The translations under genes and the position numbers were made by a program. Source: an uncultured Gemmataceae bacterium (GTDB lineage Bacteria > Planctomycetota > Planctomycetia > Gemmatales > Gemmataceae). From it: a DNA stretch of 64,000 nucleotides. The notes beneath the pieces were generated by a model, which saw only the letters and a program-made list of their open reading frames with translations, was not told the DNA's origin and searched no databases. The DNA lies in NCBI GenBank assembly GCA_963750165.1, contig CAVVPN010000003.1:896001-960000 (forward strand), written 5' to 3'. Positions 10,326 through 21,344 of the stretch are shown here, piece by piece; positions within the stretch are counted from its first letter, which is position 1; the number at the start of each line of letters is the position of its first letter.

Positions 10326-11056
10326 TGGCCCCGGAGATTCCACGACTGGCGTGTCAGGTCTTTTCGCTGCCGAAGCGCGGCCACGGCGTTTCGGAGAACG
10401 AGGACGCCTGCGCACACAGTGCTGCCCACGGCCGCTTTGCCATCGCCGACGGCGCCACCGAGAGTTCGTTCGCGGCACTGTGGGCGCGGCTGCTGGTGGA
10501 CGAGTTCGTCAAGCCCGAGACGCCGGCGGGCTGGGCTGCCTGGCTGCCGGCGCTGCAGGAGCGCTGGGCGGCGGAGGTCGGCACGGCGCCGCTGCCGTGG
10601 TACGCCGAGACCAAGGTGGAGCAGGGGGCGTTCGCGACCTTCCTGGGCGTGGTGATCGAGCCAGGCTGGTGGCGGGCGGTGGCGGTCGGCGACAGTTGCC
10701 TGTTCCACATTCGCGAGGGCACGCTGCGGCACGCCTTCCCGGTGCAGCACCCCGACGAGTTCGGCACGGCGCCGTGGCTGATCGGCTCGCGCGGCTTCAG
10801 CAGCGCCGGCATGGTCGAGAAGGAAATCCGTCTGGAGGACGACTGGCGGTCGGGCGACCGGCTGTGGCTGATGACCGACGCGCTGGCGCAGTGGTTCTTG
10901 CAGCAACTGCTAACAGATCGCGGCTGGTGGCGCTACCTGGCGCAGATGCTGGAGACGCCGAACCCGGCGGCGGAGTTCGACGCGCTGGTGGCGTGGCAGC
11001 GCGACTGTCACGCGATGCGCAACGATGACGTGACGTGGTTGACGATTGCGGAGTGA
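10325..11056 (+). CDS. PP2C-like phosphatase, translationally coupled to the kinase
   Basis: NEDA, AIADGATES, VGDS, LMTDAL, NDDVT motifs; TAATG overlap. Confidence 0.85.
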   Translation: MAPEIPRLACQVFSLPKRGHGVSENEDACAHSAAHGRFAIADGATESSFAALWARLLVDEFVKPETPAGWAAWLPALQERWAAEVGTAPLPWYAETKVEQGAFATFLGVVIEPGWWRAVAVGDSCLFHIREGTLRHAFPVQHPDEFGTAPWLIGSRGFSSAGMVEKEIRLEDDWRSGDRLWLMTDALAQWFLQQLLTDRGWWRYLAQMLETPNPAAEFDALVAWQRDCHAMRNDDVTWLTIAE

Positions 11057-11064
11057 CTGGATTT

Positions 11065-11085
11065 TTCTGCCGCTTGCGGCTTAAC
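11065..11085. repeat. Single GCCGCTTGCGGC REP-like copy
   Basis: TTCTGCCGCTTGCGGCTTAAC just after the phosphatase stop. Confidence 0.5.
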
Positions 11086-11221
11086 CAGCCGGGACACCAT
11101 GAATAACTGGGCCGAACGGTTGGCGGGAAAGAGCAAGAATGACCCTTCCGCTGCTGCTGACCTGGCCGCGAGTTCGGCTCGTAAACACATTACGATCCCG
11201 CTGGCGGCGTAGCGGGGAGCA

Positions 11222-12596
11222 CTACGCCGCCAGCGGCAGCACAGCCGGCTTCACGGCTGCGGCGCCGCCAGCACCGCCCCGCGCAGCATCGCGCTCCACC
11301 TCCGTGCGCACCTCCTTCGCGTGCTGCGGTAGCACCCGCGCCGCCACTGTGGCGCCGCCGGCCGCCTGGCGGAGCACGTAGTAGTCCATGACCGCCACCT
11401 GCTTCTGCACCTCGATCTGCACGCCGAAGTGCTCCAGCGTCCGCGGCGGCCCCTGCACCGCGCACGGCGCCGACGCGGCCTGCACCGTCGCCTTCTCCTT
11501 CTTCAGCCACGCCGTCACCTCCTGGTGGAACTGCGCGATGCTCGGCATCGTCTTGAGCGGCTCGACCGTCAACAAGAGGCCGCTGCCGCGGCTCTCGTCC
11601 AGGGCGAGCTGCCGGCCGCGCACCCCCGCCACGCGCCAGCGCCGCGGGTGCAGCAGCTTCACGCCCAGCTCCGGGTTGTCGTACAGCAGCAGCGTGTTGG
11701 CCTCGCTGGGCTCCAGGGCCACGCCCTTGAGCGCCGCGTCCGCCAACTCCACGCAGAACGGCCGCGGTTGCCGCGTCAGCACGAACGTGCCTTCCACCTT
11801 GCCCTGCGCCTTGCCGTCCTTGCCCAGCATCTCCTGCACACCCTTGAGCGACAGGTAACTCAGGTGGTTCGACTCCAGGTCGAAGTAGAAATAGCCGTCC
11901 AGCCGCTGTCGGTTGGGGCCGTCCTCGCCGAGGCCGCGCACGACGCCAGCGAAGCTGACGCCGCGCGTGCCGCCGCTGCCCCACCACCTCCAGCCGCTCC
12001 AGCTTGCAGGTCACGCCGCCTTGCTCGATCTTCTCCAGGTCCGTCATCTCCTGGATGGCGGTCGCCGCCGCGACCCACTGCTCGCCGACTTTCACCGGCC
12101 CTGCCGGCAGCAACCCAGCCAGCGCGGGCGTGAACACGTCGGTACGGATCAGGTCCATCTCACCCCACGTCAGCGGCCCGTCCGGCGAGAACGGCACCTC
12201 CACCTGATTGTGCCGCAGCACCACCAGCCGCCGCACCTGGGGCCGCAGGGTGCTCTGCTGGTCCTGCGTGCCGACCTTGCGCTGGAAATCAATTTTGCGA
12301 TACAGGCGAACCGTTTTGCCCACTTGCCCGTCTTTCTCCAGACTGAGGACGCGCTCGTCGTAATCAATGGCACTGCCGCCACTAACCGGCAGCGTGCGGG
12401 CCGGCTGATCCTTCTCCGGAGGCAGCGACAGACCGCCGCTGACCTCAACCCGCACACTGACGTGGTAGTGGTAGTGTGCGGGAAAGGCCTCGCGCAAGCG
12501 CAGCAACTCGTCCGCCTGCCGGGGCGCTCCCAGGGCGAAGGACGCGAGTGTCACCAGCAGCACCACGGTGGCGCGGCCGTAAACCAGGTTGGACAT
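11222..12596 (-). CDS. Exported hypothetical protein, frameshift near 11962
   Basis: Signal peptide; two ORFs join as ...RHARVSFAGVVRGLGEDG... if one base is removed. Confidence 0.7.
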
Positions 12597-13377
12597 GAGC
12601 TGCCTCCAAGGGGGAAATCAGGTGGAAGGGGCGTCGCGCGTCGGTGAGCATCGCTCGAACTCTGCCCGATTGTAGGCCCGTTCGATGGCCAAAAAACGGC
12701 CGGGCGGCGACTTTTTTGCCAGTATCGGGCCAGCGGCAGCGAAGAAATGCGTCGTGGCGAATACAGGGGTGATAAGATTAGTTCACAGATGAGGGAATTT
12801 CAAACAACCGCTATTGCAAATCTGAACAGAATCTGTGTAAATAACGGATGTACACTTTCAACGGAGCCTCTCCCTCCCCCGGTCGCTCACCGGTGTTGGA
12901 TGAAATGATTTCGGTGCAAGTCGTTACAAGAAATTAGGTTGAGGTGACAAATCGGCGGTGGGCCGGCGGAGGCGTCGCCGCGCCGCGGGACTGCGGCCCG
13001 ACATTTGCATTGTTGAGGTTCGATGAAGGCGGTGAGGAAAGGCGAAAACAAGAGCAAAAGGATGGCACTAAAAAAACGAATAAGGTTAGGTGACTAACTC
13101 TCAATCGTTGAAACGTCAAGGATTTTAGGGGGGGAGTGGTTTCCTGAACCCTTTTCAACCACAGGATGTCTAACCTTGTGCGACAATGAAGGAAACGTCG
13201 GCACCGGAGGGGCGCCGACTTGAATGAAACCGAACGAACCACTCAGCGGAGGCCTGAACCAGCGGCAGGCGGCGGAAGTAGAAGTGGCAAGGAACCAGAA
13301 CGGCGAACGCGGGGGGCGGAGGCCCAAGCCCGCACGCCCATGAGGCCGGGACTGACCCCCCAGGCCTCCCCAAAGGA

Positions 13378-15060
13378 GTGACGGCCGTGAAAACCTTCAA
13401 ACACCCGGCTCTACGTGAGTTGACGGATCAACAGGTTCGCTTCGTGCCGCCGCCGCGGCGCCTGGAACAACTGGCCCGGGCCGAGCGCCTGCTGGCCGAA
13501 CTCGATGCGAGCCGGCAATACCCGTATCAGTTCCTGTGCTTCCGCATCACCGACTACCGCCCCGACGCCTATCCAGACCTGCTCATCACGGGCCGCGACG
13601 CCCGGCACGACCTCGGCCTGCTCATCGCCGAGTTGGCCCGTTCGCTGCCGGCCATCCCGGTGGAGACGGTCGCCGAGCCGGTGCTGACCTTGGAGGAGAT
13701 GAGCCGCAAGCTCAACGTCACGCCCAAGACGATCAACCGCTGGCGCAAGCGCGGCCTAATTGGTGTGCCGATCCTGTGTAACGGCCGGCGGCAGGTGGGT
13801 TTTCTGGAGTCGCTGGTCAGCCCGTTCCTGGATCACAACCACGAACGGGTGGAGCGTGGCAGCCGGTTCTCGCAGTTGAGCCAGACCGAGAAAGACGACA
13901 TCCTGCGCCGGGCCCGTCGGCTGGCCCGGGTGGGCTCAAGCACACTGACGGAAGTCAGCCGCCGCATCGCCCGCCGCCTGGGGCGCTCCGCGGAAACGGT
14001 GCGTTACACCATCAAGAATTTTGACCGGGCGCACCCCGAACAGGCGTTGTTCCCGGCTGTGACGGGGCCGCTGGACGAGGCCACCAAGCAGGTGATTTAT
14101 AACTCCTTCCGAAGGGGGATTACCGTGGACACCCTGGCAAGACAATTTCAGCGCACCCGCTCCTCAATCTACCGTGTGGTGAACGAGGTGCGCGCCCAGC
14201 GCATTCTGGATACGCCCCTGGACTACATCTACCACGAATCCTTCGACGCCCCCGATGTCGAGGCGGTGTTTCTGGCGCCGATGCCGGGCCTGGAGGAGTA
14301 CGAGGCGAGCCGGCGGTCGCTGCGCGTGCCCAAGGACGCGCCGCCGGAACTGGCCGCGCTGTACGAGGTGCCGCTGCTGAACAAGGACCAGGAACAGCAC
14401 CTGTTCCGGCAGATGAACTACCTCAAGCACAAGGCCCAGCAGTTGCGCAGCCGGCTGGACCCGACGCGAGCGCGGACGCAGGAACTGGACCAGATCGAGG
14501 CCCTGCAGGAGCAGGCCCAGAAGATCAAGGACCAGCTCATCAACTGCAACATGCGGTTGGTGGTGTCGATCGCCAAGCGACACGCCGGCCAGACCGACAA
14601 CTTCTTCGAACTGCTCTCGGACGGCAACGTGTCGCTGTTACGGGCGGTCGAGAAGTTCGACTACAGCCGCGGCAACAAGTTCAGCACCTACGCCAGCTGG
14701 GCGATCATGAAGAACTTTGCCCGCAGCATTCCGGAGGAGAAGCACCGCCGCGAGCGCTACGTGACGGGCCATGAGGAACTGTTCGAGGCCGCCCCGGACA
14801 CGCGGACGGACGAGCACGAGATCGTGGCGTCGGCGGAGCAGGCCAGCTACAAGGTCAACCGGCTGCTGGAGTCGCTGGACCCGCGCGAGCGCGAGATCAT
14901 TCGCATGCGGGCTGGTCTCGACAGCGGTTCGGAGGGCATGACGCTGGAGAAGATCGGCGAGAAGCTCGGTATCACCAAGGAGCGCGTCCGCCAGCTGAAC
15001 GTGCGGGCCATGAAAAAGATGCGGTCGCTCGCCGAGGAGCACCGCGAAGACCTGATGTAA
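13378..15060 (+). CDS. Sigma-70 family factor with long N-terminal HTH-containing extension
   Basis: Region 2 NMRLVVSIAK...LLRAVEKFDYSRGNKFSTYASWAI; region 4 TLEKIGEKLGITKERVRQL; AAGGAG RBS. Confidence 0.9.
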   Translation: MTAVKTFKHPALRELTDQQVRFVPPPRRLEQLARAERLLAELDASRQYPYQFLCFRITDYRPDAYPDLLITGRDARHDLGLLIAELARSLPAIPVETVAEPVLTLEEMSRKLNVTPKTINRWRKRGLIGVPILCNGRRQVGFLESLVSPFLDHNHERVERGSRFSQLSQTEKDDILRRARRLARVGSSTLTEVSRRIARRLGRSAETVRYTIKNFDRAHPEQALFPAVTGPLDEATKQVIYNSFRRGITVDTLARQFQRTRSSIYRVVNEVRAQRILDTPLDYIYHESFDAPDVEAVFLAPMPGLEEYEASRRSLRVPKDAPPELAALYEVPLLNKDQEQHLFRQMNYLKHKAQQLRSRLDPTRARTQELDQIEALQEQAQKIKDQLINCNMRLVVSIAKRHAGQTDNFFELLSDGNVSLLRAVEKFDYSRGNKFSTYASWAIMKNFARSIPEEKHRRERYVTGHEELFEAAPDTRTDEHEIVASAEQASYKVNRLLESLDPREREIIRMRAGLDSGSEGMTLEKIGEKLGITKERVRQLNVRAMKKMRSLAEEHREDLM

Positions 15061-15070
15061 CGACAAAAGC

Positions 15071-15159
15071 AAAGACCAATCACGAAAACACGAAAAAGAC
15101 AAATTCATTTATTGTCTTTTTCGTGTTTTCGTTCTTTCGTGTTTTCGTGATTGGTCTTT
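15071..15159. repeat. AT-rich palindrome built from 8-nt CACGAAAA units; probable terminator function
   Basis: AAAGACCAATCACGAAAACACGAAA pairs with TTTCGTGTTTTCGTGATTGGTCTTT. Confidence 0.8.
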
Positions 15160-15296
15160 CCATTGACGGACGGCCTGAGAACAATTCCGACATTTTTTGC
15201 AAGACCTGATTGACCATACCCGGGCGCAGCGGCTACATTGGAGAAAGGTTTTCCCGCCTCCACATTCCGACCCTCCCAAAGACGAAAGGGACGCTG

Positions 15297-16754
15297 ATGT
15301 TCTCTCTCAGTCGTCGCGAGTTCCTGAAGGGTAGTGCGCTGCTGGCCACCGGCGCCGCCACGTTGCCGCTGACCGAGCCCACCATCGAGGCAGCCCCCGC
15401 CGCGCAGAACCCCGCCGGTCCCAACAACCGGCTCAACGTCGCCGTCATCGGCATCCGCGGCCGCGGCCGCGACCACATCCACGGCTTCACCCATGTGCCG
15501 AACTGCCGCGTCACCCACCTGTGCGACGCCGACAACGCCACCGCCCAGGCCGCCATCGCCTACACGCAGAAGCAGCAGCCCAACGCGCCGGCGCCAACCT
15601 TCGTGCAGGACCTGCGCCGCATCATGGAGAACCGCGACATCCATATCGTCTCCATCGCAACGCCGAACCACTGGCACGCCCTGGCCGCTATCTGGGCTAT
15701 GCAGGCCGGCAAGGACGTGTACGTCGAGAAGCCGGTCAGCCACAACGTCAGCGAGGGCCGGCGCATCGTGCAGGTGGCCCGTCGCCACAACAAGATTTGC
15801 CAGGCCGGCACGCAGATCCGCAGCAGCACGGGCGTCCGCCAGGCGATCGAATTCATCCGCTCGGGCAAGCTTGGCCAGTTGCGCGTGGCTCGCGGCCTGT
15901 GCTACAAGCGCCGCGACAGCATCGGCCGGGTGGGCGGCGACGGCACGGTGCCGGCGTCGATTGATTACAACCTGTGGTGCGGCCCGGCGCCGCAGCGGGC
16001 GCCGCGGCGCATGCGCGTCCACTACGACTGGCACTGGCAGTGGGACTACGGCAACGGCGACCTGGGCAACCAGGGTATCCATCAGATGGACGTGGCCCGC
16101 TGGGGCATCGGCGCGCATCAGCTGGCGCGGTCGGTGATGAGCGTCGGCGGCCGCTTCGGCTACACCGACGATGGCGAGACCGCCAACACGCAGATGGCCG
16201 TCTTCGACTACGGCAACGCCGAGTTGATCTTTGAGGTGCGTGGCCTGCCGACGAGGCCGCGCACCGGCGCCTCGGTCGGCAACATCTTCCACTGCGCCGA
16301 CGGCTACGTGGTGATGCCGAGCTACAGCAGCGCCATCGTGTACGACCTGCAGGGCAAGGAACTGCGGCGCTGGAACGCCGGCGGCGACCACTACCGCAAC
16401 TTCGTTGAGGCGGTGCGCAGCCGGCGGGTGGAGGATCTCCGGGGCGAGATCGAAGAGGGCCACCTGTCGAGCGCGTTGTGCCACCTGGCCAACATCAGCT
16501 ATCGGCTGGGCCAGCGGCAGGCGTTCGCCAACAGCGAGAAGGTGTACGGTAACGACCAGGCCGCGACCGAGACGCTGGCGGCGATGCGCGAGCACCTGGC
16601 CGGCAACAACGTGGCGCTGGCCAACAACCAGTTGACGGTCGGGCCACGGCTGACGGTCGATCAGAAGTCGGAGCGCTTCTCCAACAACAACGCGGCCAAC
16701 GACCTGCTGACGCGGCAGTACCGCAAGGGCTTCGAGGTGCCGGCGCAGGCGTGA
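15297..16754 (+). CDS. Tat-exported Gfo/Idh/MocA oxidoreductase
   Basis: SRREFLK Tat motif, VAVIGIRGRG, ATPNHWH, YVEKP, GIHQMD. Confidence 0.9.
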   Translation: MFSLSRREFLKGSALLATGAATLPLTEPTIEAAPAAQNPAGPNNRLNVAVIGIRGRGRDHIHGFTHVPNCRVTHLCDADNATAQAAIAYTQKQQPNAPAPTFVQDLRRIMENRDIHIVSIATPNHWHALAAIWAMQAGKDVYVEKPVSHNVSEGRRIVQVARRHNKICQAGTQIRSSTGVRQAIEFIRSGKLGQLRVARGLCYKRRDSIGRVGGDGTVPASIDYNLWCGPAPQRAPRRMRVHYDWHWQWDYGNGDLGNQGIHQMDVARWGIGAHQLARSVMSVGGRFGYTDDGETANTQMAVFDYGNAELIFEVRGLPTRPRTGASVGNIFHCADGYVVMPSYSSAIVYDLQGKELRRWNAGGDHYRNFVEAVRSRRVEDLRGEIEEGHLSSALCHLANISYRLGQRQAFANSEKVYGNDQAATETLAAMREHLAGNNVALANNQLTVGPRLTVDQKSERFSNNNAANDLLTRQYRKGFEVPAQA

Positions 16755-16761
16755 GTGAGAC

Positions 16762-16834
16762 GTCTTGGTTCGTAGTTCCGCCTTCAAGCGGTCTTTGGGT
16801 GAAGACCGCTGAAGGCGGAACTACGAACCAAGAC
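16762..16834. repeat. GTAG-type REP-like inverted repeat
   Basis: GTCTTGGTTCGTAGTTCCGCCTTCA...TGAAGGCGGAACTACGAACCAAGAC. Confidence 0.8.
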
Positions 16835-16849
16835 AAGCCGCAACCAATT

Positions 16850-17125
16850 TCAGTTATCGTTGCTCCGTAGCCGGGCGAGTTCGGCGCGGAGCCGTGCTAC
16901 TTCCTGTTCCGCCGCGGTGAGGGCCTGGCGCTCCGCCTCCAATTGTCTGCGGGCCTCGTCGCGCTGTCGCACAGCCTCATCCAGGGCATTTTGCAAATCC
17001 GCGGGCAGCGGTAACAACTCTCTGCGAAACCAATAGCGCACCCAGCCGTCGAGCAGTGCCACGCCCATTTCCAGTTCGGGAATCGATCGCTGTCCCTGGT
17101 CGTCCAGTTTCACCGAGACATAGTA
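16850..17125 (-). pseudogene. C-terminal remnant of a Uma2-like protein
   Basis: YVSVKLDDQGQRSIPELEMGVALLDGWVRYWF plus coiled-coil tail; no room for an N-terminal nuclease domain. Confidence 0.55.
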
Positions 17126-17193
17126 ATCCGCGGGGCGTGGCCGTGGGAGGCGAGTATAATGCGCACCGTAACCGGTTTTCGGGAGAACGAACC

Positions 17194-17964
17194 ATGCCCG
17201 TACACGACTGGTCCCGTGTCACGGCCGGCATTTTCCACCACTTTCACGTGCAGTGGATGGCGGCCCTGAGCAACGCGCTCAATGACGGCCGCTTGCCGCC
17301 CAATTACTACACGCTGGCGGAGCAGATCGCCGGCAACCTCGGACCCGACGTGTTGGCCCTGGAATACAGCCCCACCACCGCTGCTTCCGATCCGGAACGA
17401 CGTGCGACCAACGGTGAGACGGCGGGCGGCGCTCCGGCGGCGCTGGCCGAGCCCCGGGTGCGCTTCACCGCGCAAACCGAAATGGATGAGTACGTGCTGA
17501 AGCAAAACACCCTCGTCATCCGCCACACCAGTGGCGATCAGGTCGTGGCCCTGGTCGAGATCGTTTCGCCCGGCAACAAGGCCAGCCGCCACGGGCTGCG
17601 CACTTTCGTGGACAAGGCCGCGTCAGCGCTGTATCGCGGCTACCACCTGCTCATCCTGGATCTGCACCCGCCGGGGCCACGCGACCCCAACGGCATTCAC
17701 GGTGCCATCTGGGGGGAAATTGCCGACGACTCGTTTCGGCTGCCGGCGGACAAGCCGTTGACCCTGGTGGCGTATGCGGCCGGATTGACCAAGCGGGCGT
17801 ACATCGAGCCGGTCGCCGTCGGGGACGTGATGCCCGACATGCCGCTGTATTTGCAGGAAGGGTTCTACGTCTCCGTGCCACTTGAAGAGACGTACCGTAT
17901 CGCGTTCGCGCACGTGCCGCAGCGCTGGCGTGAGGTCCTGGAAGCGTCACGAGGGGAACGCTGA
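17194..17964 (+). CDS. DUF4058 family protein
   Basis: MPVHDWSRVTAGIFHHFH start, VEIVSPGNK, HLLILDL. Confidence 0.8.
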   Translation: MPVHDWSRVTAGIFHHFHVQWMAALSNALNDGRLPPNYYTLAEQIAGNLGPDVLALEYSPTTAASDPERRATNGETAGGAPAALAEPRVRFTAQTEMDEYVLKQNTLVIRHTSGDQVVALVEIVSPGNKASRHGLRTFVDKAASALYRGYHLLILDLHPPGPRDPNGIHGAIWGEIADDSFRLPADKPLTLVAYAAGLTKRAYIEPVAVGDVMPDMPLYLQEGFYVSVPLEETYRIAFAHVPQRWREVLEASRGER

Positions 17965-17994
17965 TCGGTCTTTTTTCAAACCCGGGAGAATCCC

Positions 17995-18825
17995 ATGAGC
18001 CGTCGGCTGCGATTCGCTGGCGTGATGGTTGCCGCGCTAGTCCTGATGACTGCGCCCGGCTGCGCATCGACCTCACCAGAAGCCGCCGCGCAGAAGAATG
18101 ACACGGTTTACAAGTCGCCACAGGAAGTGTTTGACGCCATGAAACAGGCGGCGAAGAAGAATGACATGCTGGCGTTCACGCGCTGCCTGGACGACGACAT
18201 CGTGGATCTTCAGGCGCTCACCTTCACTGTTGGGGCGCTGATGCATTCGGGTGAGATGATCATCGCGGCCAACACGGAACAGAACAGGGCCGCCCAAAAA
18301 AAGTTGCTGGAACTCATGGCTCAACACGGACTGACCCAGGAGGTATGGAAGAAGTTGAATGCCGACAGGGCGTTTGGCGAGAAAATTGGTAATCCCCGAG
18401 CTAACCCCCGGGATCCAGTGTTTCAGAAATTCTTCGAAGCGGTGAAGGATCGGCCGGCTTACCTGATCGCCTTGAAGAACTTCGCAAACGAGAACAAGTG
18501 GGGCCCGGGTCCCGATCCTGACCTCGGGAAAGATTTCGAGAACTTGCACCTCGCCGACGTGAAGGTGAACGGGGAAAAAGCAACAGGAATAGTCGTCGGT
18601 AAGGAGGAAGGCCAGGAAGAAAAGAGACCGATTGAGTTTCGCAGAATCAACGGCAGTTGGAAGATTCGGTTCCCTGGGATCCAGCGCCTGCCGCAGAAAG
18701 AGCCGCCGCAGGAAAAAGACCGGACATCCGCAACGGCAGCGCCAGTCCCTGCAACCCTGGCATTTACACCAGATCCAACCGTCGCCTGGTCGTGCGCGCC
18801 CGGTTGGAAAGCCTGTGCCACGTGA
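17995..18825 (+). CDS. Exported hypothetical protein, possible lipoprotein
   Basis: Hydrophobic N-terminus ending APGC; Lys-rich body. Confidence 0.6.
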   Translation: MSRRLRFAGVMVAALVLMTAPGCASTSPEAAAQKNDTVYKSPQEVFDAMKQAAKKNDMLAFTRCLDDDIVDLQALTFTVGALMHSGEMIIAANTEQNRAAQKKLLELMAQHGLTQEVWKKLNADRAFGEKIGNPRANPRDPVFQKFFEAVKDRPAYLIALKNFANENKWGPGPDPDLGKDFENLHLADVKVNGEKATGIVVGKEEGQEEKRPIEFRRINGSWKIRFPGIQRLPQKEPPQEKDRTSATAAPVPATLAFTPDPTVAWSCAPGWKACAT

Positions 18826-20069
18826 TCACACCACGTTCGCCGGCGCTGGGAACTGCCGCCCCAGCTCGCGCGCCTGGCCGCGGACGCGCTGGGCCAGCGC
18901 CGCGTCGTCCGGCGCCGCCAGCACCTGACCGATCCAGCCTGCGATGGTGCGCATCTCCGGCTCACGCAGGCCGCGTGTCGTCAACGCCGGCGTGCCGATC
19001 CGCACCCCCGATGGGTCCAGCGGCGGCCGCGGATCGAACGGAATCTTGTTCTTGTTGATCGTGATGCCGGCGCGGTCCAGCGCCTCCTCCGCGATCTTGC
19101 CGGTCACGCCGCGCGACGCCACATCGACCAGCACCATGTGATTGTCGGTGCCGCCGGACACCAGACGGAAGCCGAGCCGTTGCAGCTCGTCGGCCAGGGC
19201 CCGGGCGTTGGCGACAATCTGCGCCGCGTAACTGCGGAACTCCGGTCGCAGGGCCTCGCCGAAGCCGACCGCCTTGGCCGCGATGACGTGCATGAGCGGC
19301 CCGCCCTGCAAGCCCGGGAACACCGCCGAGTTGATCTTCTGGCCCCAGTCCTGCTTGCACAGCACGAAACCGCCGCGCGGCCCACGCAGCGTCTTGTGCG
19401 TCGTGGACGTGACGAAGTCCGCGAACTCGACCGGGTTGGCGTGCTGGCCGCCCGCGACCAGCCCCGCGATGTGGGCCATGTCCACGAAGAACAACGCCTT
19501 GACCTCGGCGCAGATCTCTGCGAAGCGCGCGAAGTCGATGGCCCGCGGATAAGCGCTGGCGCCAGCGACCACCAGCTTCGGCCGGTGCTCGCGCGCAGCG
19601 CCGCCACCTGATCGTAGTCGATGGTCTCGGTGTCCTTGCGGACACCGTAGCCGGTCACCTTGTACAGCTTGCCGGAGAAGTTGAGGTGCATGCCGTGCGT
19701 CAGATGCCCGCCGTGCGCCAGGTCCATCGCCAGGATGGGGTCGCCCGGCTGCAGGCAGGCGAAGTAGACGGCCATGTTGGCCTGGGCACCGGAGTGGGGC
19801 TGCACGTTGGCGCGCTGGGCGCCGAACAGTTTCAGCACCCGCTCGATGGCCAGGCGCTCAACGACATCGACGTATTCACAGCCACCATAGTAGCGCTTGC
19901 CGGGCAGGCCCTCGGCGTACTTGTTGGTGAGCACGCTGCCCTGGGCGGCCATGACGGCGGCACTGGTGTAGTTCTCCGAGGCGATCATCTCCAGGCCGTC
20001 CTGCTGGCGCTGCCGTTCGTGCTCGATGGCCTGCCAGATGTCGGGGTCGGCGGTCTTCAGAGGGTCCAT
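18826..20069 (-). CDS. glyA: Serine hydroxymethyltransferase, frameshift near 19596
   Basis: [21 protein letters not shown] in one frame; [22 protein letters not shown] in the next. Confidence 0.95.
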
Positions 20070-20147
20070 GCTCGTCCTCGCGGCGGGTGGTGGGCGGCAG
20101 TGGTCATTCTGCGCAAAACGGCGGGGCTTGAGAAGGCGGGTTTGCGG

Positions 20148-21308
20148 CTACTTCGCGTCCTTGCCGCCACGGATCGCCGCCAGCGCCTCCGCGGCGGCCC
20201 GACGCAGCTCCGGATGCGGATCATCGCGCGCCACCGCCTCCAGCGCGGGGATGGCCGGGCGGGCGGCGGCGCCGAACTTCGCCAACGTATGCACCGCCGT
20301 GCCCCGGAGCGCCTCGTGCTGGTCGCTCAGGCAAGCCGTGATCGCCCCGACCGCGGGCGCCGCCTGCGGCCCCAGTTCGCCGAGGACCACCATTGCCTCG
20401 GCTTTGGCCTCTGTGTTGCCGGTTCGGACCACGGTGACCAGGAACGGCAGCGTCTCGTCCACGCGGCCTTCCAGCGCCCCCAGGGCGGCCGCGGCATCGA
20501 CCTGGACGATCTGGGACTCGTCCTGTAGCAGCATCCGCAGCGCGGCGATGGCGGGGCGGGCCGGTTCGCCCATGTCACGCAGCGCTCGGGCTACCGCGGC
20601 CCTGGCGCTCGGGGTGCCCTGCCGACAGACCTCGATCAGTGTCGGGACAGCGGCCGCGCCGATGTGCCGCAGAGCGTCGCGCGCGGCCTCGCTCACGTCA
20701 CCATTCCTGCTCGGCTTTTCCAGCATGATCTGCACCAGGACGGGCACCGCGGCCGCGCCTGCGGGCCCGAGCCGGCCCAGCGAGGTGATCGCGGCGATGC
20801 GCGTGGCCATGTCCGCTTCACCACGGGCAGCCGTCAGCAGAGCCGGCAGCACCTCGGCGGGCTCCGGGTCCACCCGGCCCAGCGCCCGGGCCGCCCTGCG
20901 GCGGACGTAGGCGTCCGGGTCCTTGAGCGTCTTGACGAGCGCCGGCGCGGCCGAGCGCGCCGCGGGGCCGAGGCGGCCGAGGGCCTCCGCGGCGCTGCGG
21001 CGCACGAGTGCATGGTCGTCGTCGAGGGCCGCACGCAGGGCGGCCAGCACCTCGGGCTCGGCGTCGCCGAGCCGGCCGAGTGTCTTGGCCGCCTGCTCGC
21101 GCTGCTGCGGGTCGCCATCGCTCAGCAACCGGACCCAGTGGCGCAGCGGCCAGCCGTCCTCCGTCGGTTCGTGGTTGACGTAGCCCAGCACGAGGTCGCG
21201 GTAGCCGGGCACCGCCAGCAGCACCCCGACCGCACCGGCGAGGAGCAGGACGGCGAGCAGGACCAGGCGTTTTTTCCTGCCCGGCAGCCGCGTCGGAATG
21301 GATTGCAT
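20148..21308 (-). CDS. Membrane-anchored HEAT-repeat protein
   Basis: N-terminal TM; repeats of type VRRSAAEALGRLGPAA. Confidence 0.85.
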   Translation of the reverse strand: MQSIPTRLPGRKKRLVLLAVLLLAGAVGVLLAVPGYRDLVLGYVNHEPTEDGWPLRHWVRLLSDGDPQQREQAAKTLGRLGDAEPEVLAALRAALDDDHALVRRSAAEALGRLGPAARSAAPALVKTLKDPDAYVRRRAARALGRVDPEPAEVLPALLTAARGEADMATRIAAITSLGRLGPAGAAAVPVLVQIMLEKPSRNGDVSEAARDALRHIGAAAVPTLIEVCRQGTPSARAAVARALRDMGEPARPAIAALRMLLQDESQIVQVDAAAALGALEGRVDETLPFLVTVVRTGNTEAKAEAMVVLGELGPQAAPAVGAITACLSDQHEALRGTAVHTLAKFGAAARPAIPALEAVARDDPHPELRRAAAEALAAIRGGKDAK

Positions 21309-21344
21309 GGCGCCCTCTACACACACAACCGGAATGGCAGATCG

